From NCBI GenBank assembly GCA_041694815.1, contig JBGFSC010000017.1, forward strand, positions 1 to 49,531: a DNA stretch of 49,531 bases, read 5' to 3'. This document shows positions 26,316 through 35,287 of this stretch, one piece after another. Below the pieces are notes generated by a model. The model was given only the letters and a program-made list of their open reading frames with translations, did no database searches and was not told where the DNA came from. The stretch comes from Elusimicrobiota bacterium (GTDB lineage: Bacteria > Elusimicrobiota > Elusimicrobia > UBA1565 > JACRDR01). Position numbers and translations under genes: made by a program. Positions within the stretch are counted from its first letter, which is position 1. The number at the start of each line of letters is the position of its first letter.

Positions 26316-28222
26316 GGTTCCTCCTTGGAAACCGGATAAAAATAGCCGTACATCATCATGGGGTTGTAGTCCCAACCCTTGACCCAGCCGCGGCGTACGC
26401 GCAGGTGGTAGGTATCGACGGTGAAAAAGGCGGGCAGATCCATGGCCGCCAGGGCCTGCAACTCGAAGTACAGAAGGCGCCGCCGGTCGGGATCCAGCTC
26501 GTTGGCGGCGGACTCGACGAGCCGGTCGGCCCTGGGATTGACGTAGCCCGAGCTCTTGGGGTAATAGCCTTCGCTGTGGAGGAAGGCGTAGGCGCTGTTG
26601 TGGGCGTCGGGGATGTCCAGGCCCCAGCGCGCGTTGACCATCGGCAGCTTCCTGGACACCGCCGCGCTTAGGTGGGAGGACCACTCGACGGGGCGCACGT
26701 CGATGCTAAAGCGCGGGTTGATGGATTCCACGGAATGCTTGAGCATCACGCAGGCCAGCTGCCGGTCCGCCCGGCCCTTCATGTAGCTGACCGTGAACTT
26801 AAAGCCCTTCTCCCATACCTGGCCTTCCCAGGCCTTCCGGAAAAGCTCTGCCGCCTTCGCAGGGCTATATTCGGGGACGGCCTGCCGGCCGTTGTAGACG
26901 TCGAGGCCGTAGGGAATGGGGCCGCGGGCGCGTAGCGCCTTGCCGCGGTAGCCGGCGCTGACGTAGGCGTTGTAGTCGAAGGCGTGCGCGAATGCGCGCC
27001 GCAAATGGATGTCCGTGAAGAAATTCGGAGGGATGCCGGCGCCGTCTAGCTTCCCGCTGCCGATATCGGTATTGCCCACCGGATTGATATCGAAGTTGAA
27101 GACGAAGGCGTTATGTACCTCGAAGAAGGGAAGGAAGTCCTCGGCGACGACTCCCGGGAGGTTCTCGACCTGGGCCGCGAACTGGCGCTCGACGAAGGCG
27201 GCGTCGGCGTCGCCGGCCTTGAGCATGAGTTTCCTCGCCGAGAACTCGTCGACCGTCTTGATGACCAGGTGCTTGAGTTTGGCGGGGGTTCGCCAATAGC
27301 GCTCGTGGCGCGAGAGGGTTAGTTGCCTCTGCTGCTTGTCCCATCGCTCCAGCAGGAACGGGCCGGTGCCGTTGGCCTGCTCGTAGAGAGGGCTGTCTTG
27401 CTTGCGAGGGTCGTTGAACTTCCGCCACGTCTTGCCCGTCCCGTCCCAGCCGCCGCGTGAGGCCGTCCATGATTTGGACACGATAGGGCAGTAGCTGGCC
27501 AGCACGTGCAGCAGGGCGGGATACGGGCGGCGCAGCTCCACCACGACGGCGCCGCCCTCCACCCGCACGGCGCGGTCGGCGAGATCGAAAAGCTCCTCGA
27601 CGGGAAGCCCCCCGCTATCGCGGGTACTACGCACATCGAGTATGGGGCCCAGCAGCAGGAACGACGCGCCTGCCGAGCGGTCCATCAGAAGGAAGCGCAG
27701 CAGCGAATACTTGACGTCCTGGGGCGTCAGGGGTGTGCCGTCGTGGAACAGAACGCCCTTGCGGATAGGGAAGGTGTAGCGCAAGCCGTCGGCCGAAAGC
27801 AGGCTGTTGGCCTGGGAGGGAACCATGCTGGCGATCATGGGCTCGAACTCCTTGATGGAGGAGCCGTGGTAGGAGACTAGAGTCTCGTATATCTGGTGCG
27901 AGACCATCTGGCTGACGCCGTCGTACTGCCAATGGGGGTCGAGGGAATCGATGTCGCCGCTGATCGCGTAGACGAAGGTCTCGGGGTTTTTGACCAGGGC
28001 GGAGGCGTTCGCTCCCGTTACGAAGGATAGAAAGAAGGGGAGTGCCAACCTTTGCGCTTGGCGCGCATAACGGTGCCAGGGATTGACTTTCGCCCAGGCG
28101 AAAGTCAATCCCTGGCACCATTTTCGAACAACGGCCTCGGCGCCGACCGGAGTGTCGGCGCCGGGCTTCGCCGCGCTGCGCGCGGCGAAGCGGGGGTTTA
28201 AGCGCGAGGACTTCTCAAGCAT
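26312..28222 (-). CDS. oppA: Peptide ABC transporter substrate-binding protein (family 5), copy 1 (start 28222 or TTG 28048)
   Basis: SLDPH, YETLV, FHDGTPLTPQDV, NGTGPF; paralog of the adjacent copy (both mature parts begin LVKNP). Confidence 0.88.
   Translation of the reverse strand: MLEKSSRLNPRFAARSAAKPGADTPVGAEAVVRKWCQGLTFAWAKVNPWHRYARQAQRLALPFFLSFVTGANASALVKNPETFVYAISGDIDSLDPHWQYDGVSQMVSHQIYETLVSYHGSSIKEFEPMIASMVPSQANSLLSADGLRYTFPIRKGVLFHDGTPLTPQDVKYSLLRFLLMDRSAGASFLLLGPILDVRSTRDSGGLPVEELFDLADRAVRVEGGAVVVELRRPYPALLHVLASYCPIVSKSWTASRGGWDGTGKTWRKFNDPRKQDSPLYEQANGTGPFLLERWDKQQRQLTLSRHERYWRTPAKLKHLVIKTVDEFSARKLMLKAGDADAAFVERQFAAQVENLPGVVAEDFLPFFEVHNAFVFNFDINPVGNTDIGSGKLDGAGIPPNFFTDIHLRRAFAHAFDYNAYVSAGYRGKALRARGPIPYGLDVYNGRQAVPEYSPAKAAELFRKAWEGQVWEKGFKFTVSYMKGRADRQLACVMLKHSVESINPRFSIDVRPVEWSSHLSAAVSRKLPMVNARWGLDIPDAHNSAYAFLHSEGYYPKSSGYVNPRADRLVESAANELDPDRRRLLYFELQALAAMDLPAFFTVDTYHLRVRRGWVKGWDYNPMMMYGYFYPVSKEEP
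28072..28119. repeat. Family B 48-bp palindrome
   Basis: GGTGCCAGGGATTGACTTTCGCC-CA-GGCGAAAGTCAATCCCTGGCACC; 47 of 48 nt identical to 40392-40439. Confidence 0.95.
28130..28220 (+). repeat. Family A element, divergent copy
   Basis: AACGGC, then hairpin CGGCGCCGAC/GTCGGCGCCG, hairpin CTTCGCCGCGC/GCGCGGCGAAG, and tail GGGGTTTAAGCGCGAGG..TCAAGC. Confidence 0.7.
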
Positions 28223-30377
28223 GCGCCTTCCCCTTGGCTATCGCGTAGCGGTAGAGAAGCAGCGGGATGAGGGCGTAGAGCGCCGTGGCCAATAGGTCCT
28301 CGAAGAGGCGATTTCCGGCTTCGGGATGGCGCAGATGCAATATTCTGTCGAGTTTCGCGACCGTGATGCCGGCGATCAAGAGCCCCATAAGGGCGTCGCC
28401 GGCGATTAACCCCGAGGCGAACAGCGAGCCGGGATCGTGTTCCTCGTCTCGGCCACCTTTCTTACGAGAGACCAGCCAAGCCAAGACGCCGCCTAGCATG
28501 ATCATCGGCCAATTCGTGATAGGTAGGTATAGGCCGATGGAGAACGCCAGCGCCGAGATGCCGCAGAGCTGGCAGACGAGCCCGATGCCCGCGCCGGTTA
28601 GAAGCAGGGCCCAGGGCAGTTGCCCTCCAGTCGCGCCCTGCACGAGGCTCGCCATGAGTTGCGCCTGGGGAGCCTCCAAGGGGTGCGGGTGCTCCGGGGT
28701 TGGAGCGCCGAAGCCGTAGGCGGAATAGAGCAGGAGCAGGATGAAGCCCGAACGCACCGCCGAGACCAAGGTTCCCATGATATGCGTCAACTGCACCTTC
28801 CACGGAGTGGCGCCTACGAGCACCGCGGTTTTCATGTCCTGGGCCAAGTCGCTAGAAAGCGAGATGGCGATGCATACCACCGCGCCGCCCATGATGGCCG
28901 CGGTCTGAAGCGTCGCCGCGTCATGGCCGAGGAGCATGAATAGAAGGGTCATCGACAGCAGGGCGGTGATAGTCATTCCCGAGACCGGCTGGTTGGTGCT
29001 GCCGATGATTCCGACCGTGCGGGCGCCGACCGCTACGAAGAAGAAGCAGAACAGAACGACGATCGCGGCTTCGATAAAGCTCAAGCCAAATACCGGCAGA
29101 AGCCATACGAGTAGGAACATCGACGCCACGCCGAGCCCGACCAAAGGTAGGGGGAGGTCGTGATCGGTCCTTGCTGAGCCGCGCCCTAGAAGAACCGCCG
29201 CTTGGGAGAGATAAAAGAACAGGATCGCGCCTAGCGCCGCGCCAAGGCCTCCGCCCACCCCGAAATGAACCGCCGTGCCTGCAAGCAAACGCATGGCGGT
29301 GCCCCATTCCTGGGGGCCGAGCAGCCAGGGAATTTCCCATACGAAAGAGCCGACTAAAAATCCTAGGGCCCCACCTCCAAATACGATCGCGGAATGCTCC
29401 CAATCCCGACTCTCGTCCACTCGGCCTTCTTTCCTGGATTGCGCGGATTTTGATAGCAGTTTAAGGCTTTGACGAAGCGAGCCCAGCACATCGGGCAAGG
29501 ACTTAAGCAGGCTGATCAAGCCTCCGAAGGCGACGCCGCCAGCTCCAATGTAGCGGACATATTGAGCCCGGATTTGCGCGGTATTCATCGTGTCGATGGG
29601 AATGGTGCCCGGAAAGATGATGTTATCTCCCCCTATGGCGTGGATGAGCGGGATCAAAACTAGATAACCGAGCAATCCCCCCGCGAACATCACCGCGGCG
29701 ATGCGCAGGCCCACGAGATAGCCGACGCCGACGAACAGGGGCGAGACCTCGTAGCCGAAGCCGGCCATGTGCAGGCGCGGGAAGGACCACATCATCGTCT
29801 CCTTGAACAGGGTCAGGCCCGACATCGCGGCCTTGAACAACCCACCCACCACGATTCCCGAGAACACCGGACCGGCGCTGGCCCCACCCCGGTCGCCGGC
29901 GATGAGCACCTTCGCGCAGGCCGTCCCTTCCGGAAAAGGCAGGTTCCGATGTTCCGTTACCACCAGCGAGCGACGCAACGGGATCATCATCAGCATGCCG
30001 AGTATGCCGCCGACCGCGCCGAGGATAAATACCTTCGAGTTGCTGATGCTGCCGCCCAAGAACAGCAGCGCCGGCACCGTGAAGATCACCGCCGCGGCGA
30101 GCGACTCCCCGTTGGAGGCGATGGCGTGCACGATCATGTTCTCGAGTATCGTGCCGTCCCTTCCCAAGAGGCGCGGCAGCAGCATGCGGAGCACTCCCAT
30201 CGAGATGATGGCTGAGGGGATCGAGGCGGAGACCGTCATGCCGATCTTGAGTCCCAGGTAGGCGTTGGCCGCGTTGAAGATGATGGAAAGGATAAACCCG
30301 AGGATCACCGCCTGCACGGTGAATTCCGGTATTCGCCGCTCGCTGGCGACGTGGGACTTGAGCTCGGTGTCGATCAT
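28215..30377 (-). CDS. OPT/YSL-family oligopeptide transporter
   Basis: [65 protein letters not shown] overlap with oppF and AGGAGG SD. Confidence 0.93.
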   Translation of the reverse strand: MIDTELKSHVASERRIPEFTVQAVILGFILSIIFNAANAYLGLKIGMTVSASIPSAIISMGVLRMLLPRLLGRDGTILENMIVHAIASNGESLAAAVIFTVPALLFLGGSISNSKVFILGAVGGILGMLMMIPLRRSLVVTEHRNLPFPEGTACAKVLIAGDRGGASAGPVFSGIVVGGLFKAAMSGLTLFKETMMWSFPRLHMAGFGYEVSPLFVGVGYLVGLRIAAVMFAGGLLGYLVLIPLIHAIGGDNIIFPGTIPIDTMNTAQIRAQYVRYIGAGGVAFGGLISLLKSLPDVLGSLRQSLKLLSKSAQSRKEGRVDESRDWEHSAIVFGGGALGFLVGSFVWEIPWLLGPQEWGTAMRLLAGTAVHFGVGGGLGAALGAILFFYLSQAAVLLGRGSARTDHDLPLPLVGLGVASMFLLVWLLPVFGLSFIEAAIVVLFCFFFVAVGARTVGIIGSTNQPVSGMTITALLSMTLLFMLLGHDAATLQTAAIMGGAVVCIAISLSSDLAQDMKTAVLVGATPWKVQLTHIMGTLVSAVRSGFILLLLYSAYGFGAPTPEHPHPLEAPQAQLMASLVQGATGGQLPWALLLTGAGIGLVCQLCGISALAFSIGLYLPITNWPMIMLGGVLAWLVSRKKGGRDEEHDPGSLFASGLIAGDALMGLLIAGITVAKLDRILHLRHPEAGNRLFEDLLATALYALIPLLLYRYAIAKGKAHA

Positions 30378-31402
30378 GGCGCCTCCTGGTAGGTGAGCGC
30401 CGCCGCGCTCGGCTTCTGCTTGAAGGGAAGAACGGGGCAGGCCGCCCAATGCCCGGGCCGGGCCTCCTCCAGCGCCGGGTCATGGATCTTGCAGGAGTCC
30501 AGGGCGTAGGGACAGCGGGGGTGGAAATGGCAGCCGCTCGGCGGCGCCATCGGATTGGGCAGGTCGCCCGAGAGAAGGACGCGCTTGCGGCGGCGCTCGA
30601 GCTCCGGGTCGGGGATGGGGACGGCCGATAGCAGCGCCTCCGTGTACGGGTGCTGCGGGTCGTTGAAAAGCTCTTCCGTCGCGGCCGTCTCCACGAGACG
30701 GCCGAGGTACATCACGGCTACCCGGTCGCAGAGATGCCGCACCACGGAGAAATCATGCGAGATGAAGACGTAGGCCAGTCGGAACTCCTTCTGGAGGTCC
30801 TTGAGCAGGTTGAGTATCTGCGCCTGGATGGAGACGTCGAGAGCGGATACCGGTTCGTCGGCGACGATCAGTTTCGGCCGCAGCGCCAGGGCCCGGGCGA
30901 TGCCGATGCGCTGGCGCTGCCCTCCGGAGAATTCGTGCGGGTAGCGGCCCAAATGCTGCCTCGCCAGGCCGACGACGTCGAGCAATTCCTCGACGCGCGC
31001 GATCCGCTCGCGCGGGTCCGGGTGCGTGCGGTGGATGAGGAGGGGCTCCTCGAGTATGGCGCGGACCGTCATGCGGGGGTTGAGGCTGGAAAACGGGTCT
31101 TGGAAGATCACCTGCATCTCTTTGCGGAGACCGCGGCGCTCCGAGGCTTTCATCGAGAAAAGCGAGCGCCCCTCGAAGAGCACGTCTCCGGCCGTGGGCT
31201 GCTCCAAGGCCAGGAGCAACCGGCCCAGGGTGGATTTCCCGCAACCGGACTCCCCCACGAGGCCGAAGCTCTCCTGGGGGAATACGGAGAAATCGACCCC
31301 GTCGACGGCGCGGACCCACTTTTTTTCCACGAAGAGGCGCCGACGGTCGGGAAAATACTTCTTGAGGCCGCGCGCCTCGAGCAGGGGCCGGGCCTCCTTC
31401 AT
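30374..31402 (-). CDS. oppF: Peptide ABC transporter ATP-binding protein (OppF/DppF)
   Basis: [43 protein letters not shown] overlap with oppD. Confidence 0.95.
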   Translation of the reverse strand: MKEARPLLEARGLKKYFPDRRRLFVEKKWVRAVDGVDFSVFPQESFGLVGESGCGKSTLGRLLLALEQPTAGDVLFEGRSLFSMKASERRGLRKEMQVIFQDPFSSLNPRMTVRAILEEPLLIHRTHPDPRERIARVEELLDVVGLARQHLGRYPHEFSGGQRQRIGIARALALRPKLIVADEPVSALDVSIQAQILNLLKDLQKEFRLAYVFISHDFSVVRHLCDRVAVMYLGRLVETAATEELFNDPQHPYTEALLSAVPIPDPELERRRKRVLLSGDLPNPMAPPSGCHFHPRCPYALDSCKIHDPALEEARPGHWAACPVLPFKQKPSAAALTYQEAP

Positions 31403-32400
31403 GACAAAACGCCGTGGCGGCGGCTGCCCTGCGCGTTCTTGTGCAGGAAGCAATTGGCCATGTGCGCGGGGCCGACCGGGTAATCGTCCGGGTCGTTGGA
31501 CCGGCATTCCTCCATTACCTCCGGGCATCGCGGCGCGAAGGGGCAGCTGGCGAAGGGGGTCGAAAGGTCCGGCGGCTGGCCGACGATCGCCTCCAGGCGC
31601 TCTTCGCGCAAATAGATCGAGGGAACGGATTTAAGCAGCGCCCGGGTATAAGGGTGCCGGGGACGCTTGAACAACTCCGCAGCCGCTGCCTTCTCGACGG
31701 CCCGTCCGGCGTACATGACTACCACGTCGTCGGCCATGCCGGCGACTACCCCGATATTGTGCGTGATCAAGATCACGGCCATCTGCAGGTCCTTTTGGAG
31801 CTGCGCGATCAGGCCCAGGATCTGCGCCTGGATGGTGACGTCCAGCGCGGTCGTGGGCTCGTCCGCGATGAGGATATCCGGCTCGCAGGACAGAGCCATC
31901 GCGATCATCGCCCGCTGCCTCATGCCTCCGGAAAATTGGTGTGGATAGTCGTGGAGCCTTGCGGAAGGGTCCGGAATGCCGACCTGGCTTAGCAGCGAGG
32001 CGGCCTTTTCCCAGGCTTTGGCCCTCGGCAGGCGCTTATGCAGTATTACCGCCTCCGCGATCTGCTCCCCGATGGTGAGGACGGGGTTGAGCGAAGTCAT
32101 CGGCTCCTGGAAGATCATGGCGATGCGGTTGCCCCGTATCTCGCGCATCGCGGCCAGAGGCAGCCGCAGCAGGTCGCGCCCCTGGAAAAGGATCTCGCCG
32201 CCGGCCATGAAGGCGGGCGGCTCGGGCAAGAGCCTCAGCAACGAAAGGGCGTGCACGCTCTTGCCGGAGCCCGATTCGCCTACGATCGCCAGCGTTTTTC
32301 CCCGATGGAGGTCGTAATTCAATCCGTCGACGGCGTAGAGGACGCGATCCTCTAAACGGAAATGGATCCGCAGTTGGCGGACCGAGAGCAGGGGTGGCAC
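31399..32400 (-). CDS. oppD: Peptide ABC transporter ATP-binding protein (OppD/DppD)
   Basis: [41 protein letters not shown]. Confidence 0.95.
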   Translation of the reverse strand: MPPLLSVRQLRIHFRLEDRVLYAVDGLNYDLHRGKTLAIVGESGSGKSVHALSLLRLLPEPPAFMAGGEILFQGRDLLRLPLAAMREIRGNRIAMIFQEPMTSLNPVLTIGEQIAEAVILHKRLPRAKAWEKAASLLSQVGIPDPSARLHDYPHQFSGGMRQRAMIAMALSCEPDILIADEPTTALDVTIQAQILGLIAQLQKDLQMAVILITHNIGVVAGMADDVVVMYAGRAVEKAAAAELFKRPRHPYTRALLKSVPSIYLREERLEAIVGQPPDLSTPFASCPFAPRCPEVMEECRSNDPDDYPVGPAHMANCFLHKNAQGSRRHGVLS

Positions 32401-32403
32401 TGC

Positions 32404-32637
32404 TTAGATCGCGGTGGTGATCAGGGATTCGGTGGACAAGACGCCGGGTATTGAGCGGATGTTATGCACCACGGTGTTGGAAAGGCTGGGCAGGTCTTCC
32501 GTTTCCATGTCGAGGACCAGGTCCCATCGGCCGAACACCGCCGAGACATGCGAAACCCCTTTCGTTTCCTTGATCTTCGCCAAGGCCTGTTTTTCCTTGC
32601 CGGCCATCAGCCTCACCAATACCAGCCCCGTAACCAT
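32404..32637 (-). CDS. Stand-alone Lrp/AsnC ligand-binding (RAM) domain protein
   Basis: V.G.WDLV...I..IPGV.ST.SLI; 77 aa with no HTH; strong SD. Confidence 0.85.
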   Translation of the reverse strand: MVTGLVLVRLMAGKEKQALAKIKETKGVSHVSAVFGRWDLVLDMETEDLPSLSNTVVHNIRSIPGVLSTESLITTAI

Positions 32638-32719
32638 GATCCCTCCTCTCCTTAAATTAAAGGGTGCCGAGAATTGGCCTCAGTATACAAAATATCCCTG
32701 TTTTAGGCCGTTTTGAGCG

Positions 32720-32810
32720 GGTGCCAGGCATCCACTTTCTACACTTTCTTGACTTTCTTCTTAACCTGTTAAGAAAGTTGATAAAGTAGAGAAAGTGGAT
32801 GCCTGGCATC
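32720..32810. repeat. Family B-related long imperfect palindrome
   Basis: GGTGCCAGGCATCCACTTTCT...AGAAAGTGGATGCCTGGCATC 21-nt arms with one mismatch; internal ACTTTCT x3. Confidence 0.85.
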
Positions 32811-32833
32811 ATTTTTTGGGCCAATTTTGGGTC

Positions 32834-32862
32834 TTGATTTAATGGCTTTCGGGGGGTATAAA
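32834..32862 (+). promoter_or_regulatory. Promoter TTGATT-17-TATAAA of the pilin gene
   Basis: 17-bp spacing; ATG 6 nt downstream; no SD. Confidence 0.5.
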
Positions 32863-32868
32863 TCGGGT

Positions 32869-34014
32869 ATGCGCCGGCCTACCGGTTATACAATAGCCGA
32901 GTTGCTGGTGGGGGTTCTCATCGTCGCGGTTTTGGCGACGTTGGGGGCGGCGCAGTACCAGAAAGTCGTCGAGCAGCAGAGGGCCGATTCGGCGAAGTCT
33001 CAGCTCTTGAACATCGCCACCGCGAACAAAGCCCATCATCTCGCCAAGAAACCCTACGTCACCGGCACCATCGATCAAAACAGCGAGCTGGTGGTCCAGG
33101 GGCAGCTTTCCGGCCCTGATTGGGAACAGTCGCCTTATATTTTTGAAGGGGCCGACCCCGCCAATCCAAGCAACCCCTGCGTGGTCGCCCGCGCCCGACG
33201 GCGCACCACGGGGCCGCACAGCACGAACACCCAGCCTTATAACACGTGGGGATTTTGCGCGACCGTCGACGGCCGCATCGGACAACTCAACGCCTCGGGC
33301 GGCTGTTCCTTGACGTGCAACAACTTGGCCATGGCGGGCGGCGGCGGTGGCGGCTGCACGCCGGATGGAAGCTGCAGCGCGGCGGCTCCCGCCTGCGAAC
33401 AGACGACGCGGGGGGTCGACAGCTGCGGCAACGAGTGCACGCGCACGGGCCCGCAATGCTGCGTTCCTAACGGCAGCTGCACGGCGACCGGTCCCATCGC
33501 TTGCGGGACCAGCGGTCCCGGGCGCGACAATTGCGGCAATCCATGCACGGTGCAGGGTCCCGCCTGCTGCGTGCCGAACGGCAGCTGCAGCGCTAATCCC
33601 GCCTGCGGGCAGACCGCCAGCGGGGTCGACAATTGCGGAAATCCTTGCAGCCGAACAGGCGGGGCTTGCTGCGAGGAGGACGGGGTTTGCCACGCCCCGC
33701 AGCCGGCGTGCGAGCAAACGACCTATGGTTCTTACACCTGCGGCGGAGGTTGCAGCCGAAGCGGAGGCGGTTGCCCTGTTGACCCGCCGGATCCGCCTAG
33801 TCCCCCGGCTCCACCGGCCGCGCCGGCTCAGCGGGAGATTCTCATGGGAACTCCCGAGGGACAGATTCTCGCTTATAATCCCGTTACGAACGAGTTCCGC
33901 CTCGTTGCCAACGACCTAAGCAGTAATGTTTACAATTATGGAGATCAAGGTCGCACCATCGAGGCGCAAACCGGCCCGACGGTCACCCGCGGGCCCGGGA
34001 ATTGGTGGCAGTAA
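32869..34014 (+). CDS. Type IV pilin-like (PilE) protein with Cys-rich tandem repeats
   Basis: Prepilin motif MRRPTG|YTIAELLVGVLIVAVLA..G..QYQKVVE, then a Gly6 linker, four 6-Cys repeats and a Pro-rich linker. Confidence 0.85.
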   Translation: MRRPTGYTIAELLVGVLIVAVLATLGAAQYQKVVEQQRADSAKSQLLNIATANKAHHLAKKPYVTGTIDQNSELVVQGQLSGPDWEQSPYIFEGADPANPSNPCVVARARRRTTGPHSTNTQPYNTWGFCATVDGRIGQLNASGGCSLTCNNLAMAGGGGGGCTPDGSCSAAAPACEQTTRGVDSCGNECTRTGPQCCVPNGSCTATGPIACGTSGPGRDNCGNPCTVQGPACCVPNGSCSANPACGQTASGVDNCGNPCSRTGGACCEEDGVCHAPQPACEQTTYGSYTCGGGCSRSGGGCPVDPPDPPSPPAPPAAPAQREILMGTPEGQILAYNPVTNEFRLVANDLSSNVYNYGDQGRTIEAQTGPTVTRGPGNWWQ

Positions 34015-34019
34015 AATCT

Positions 34020-34571
34020 TCAGCGAGCGTGTTCAAGTTCGGTAATGAGTTCCATTGAATGTCCAGCGCCTCCGTCAGCATCCTCGGTAAAACCCTTTCT
34101 TCCCACAACCTTCGCTCGATGTCTCTTTTTTTCGCTATCGCAGAAGCAAAGATAGGTGCTATTGTTTCCCATCGCCGCCATATAAAAATGGCGTCTTGGC
34201 TGAAGGATATTTAGCGCGGGCGTTCCGACAAAAAATGGCGGTTTGTTGTCCGAGGAAGCGGCAGCGAGCACGCTTCCTTCCCGTAGAAGAATTCCCGGCG
34301 CGTCATTCTTGAGCTTGAAGTTTGCAGGACCCTTGACCAATATTTTTCCCCAATTCTTCACGACGATAAACGCCTTACCGTTGCCTGAAAGCGAAAATGT
34401 TTCTCCGCCAGCGAGCAGAGAGCCCTCTTGAAGTGGCTTTTTTCCTTTAGAGGTAATCTGACCCTGCACGGAAACAAGTCGATAAGCGTCCTGGGGAGCG
34501 CTACCGGTCGCGGCATTCGAGGCCAAAGAAAAGTTTGCAAGCAGGCAGGCGATTAAGAAGATCGTGCGCAT
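34020..34571 (-). CDS. Secreted FecR-domain-like protein
   Basis: Signal peptide; V.G.I...L..G..L..G...L...GKA.I...L.EGSV...V.TP pattern; lower GC. Confidence 0.55.
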   Translation of the reverse strand: MRTIFLIACLLANFSLASNAATGSAPQDAYRLVSVQGQITSKGKKPLQEGSLLAGGETFSLSGNGKAFIVVKNWGKILVKGPANFKLKNDAPGILLREGSVLAAASSDNKPPFFVGTPALNILQPRRHFYMAAMGNNSTYLCFCDSEKKRHRAKVVGRKGFTEDADGGAGHSMELITELEHAR

Positions 34572-34703
34572 TGGTGTATTATGGTTCTCTCCTAAGTTCT
34601 GCCTTCGAATACACGCAGCAGCCGAATTGTACGCCGGGTTGTGAAAAAGGTCAAGTGACCCTCGGCTTCATTGTGATTAGGCTCCCGAACGTGGTATGTC
34701 GGT

Positions 34704-34756
34704 TAAGGCCTTTTTGTCTAAGGACTCAAAATGAGGCCTTAGACAAAAAGGCCTTA
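34704..34756. repeat. 25-bp-arm inverted repeat in a divergent intergenic region
   Basis: TAAGGCCTTTTTGTCTAAGGACTCA-AAA-TGAGGCCTTAGACAAAAAGGCCTTA (one mismatch). Confidence 0.85.
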
Positions 34757-34831
34757 TCGCGGGTCTACCCCCGCCCCACGCAGAGGCGGCGCGCCGCATC
34801 CTCGCCGCATCTTTGATATCATGTGCGGCCG

Positions 34832-35287
34832 ATGCGAGCGTTGATCCAACGAGTGGGCCGAGCCGCCGTTCGTTTTCCCGAGGCCCCCGGAGAATCCGAA
34901 CGCCGCATCGGCCGTGGCCTCATGATTCTATTGGGCTGCGGGAACGGCGACGACGAGGCCAAGGCCCGCCGCCTCGCCGAAAAATGCGCCTCGCTACGCG
35001 TGTTCGCCGACGAGTCGGGCAAGTTCTCGCGTTCCGTGCTCGATGTCGCCGGCGAGGCGCTCGTCGTCAGCCAATTCACCCTGTATGCCGACTGCACGCG
35101 CGGCCGCCGGCCGGATTTCATGGGCGCGCTGCCGGCCCCGCAGGCCGAGCCGCTCTACCGCGCCTTCGTTAAGGCCTTGGAGGCAGCGGGCGTGCCCGTC
35201 AAGACGGGAGAGTTCGGCGCGAAAATGGAAGTGGAGCTTGTCAACGAGGGGCCCGTCACCCTATGGCTCGACAGCAGCACCCTGTAA
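34832..35287 (+). CDS. dtd: D-aminoacyl-tRNA deacylase
   Basis: MRALIQRV, LRVF.D..GK, VSQFTL, GRRP.F, GEFGA.M.V.L.NEGPVT. Confidence 0.95.
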   Translation: MRALIQRVGRAAVRFPEAPGESERRIGRGLMILLGCGNGDDEAKARRLAEKCASLRVFADESGKFSRSVLDVAGEALVVSQFTLYADCTRGRRPDFMGALPAPQAEPLYRAFVKALEAAGVPVKTGEFGAKMEVELVNEGPVTLWLDSSTL

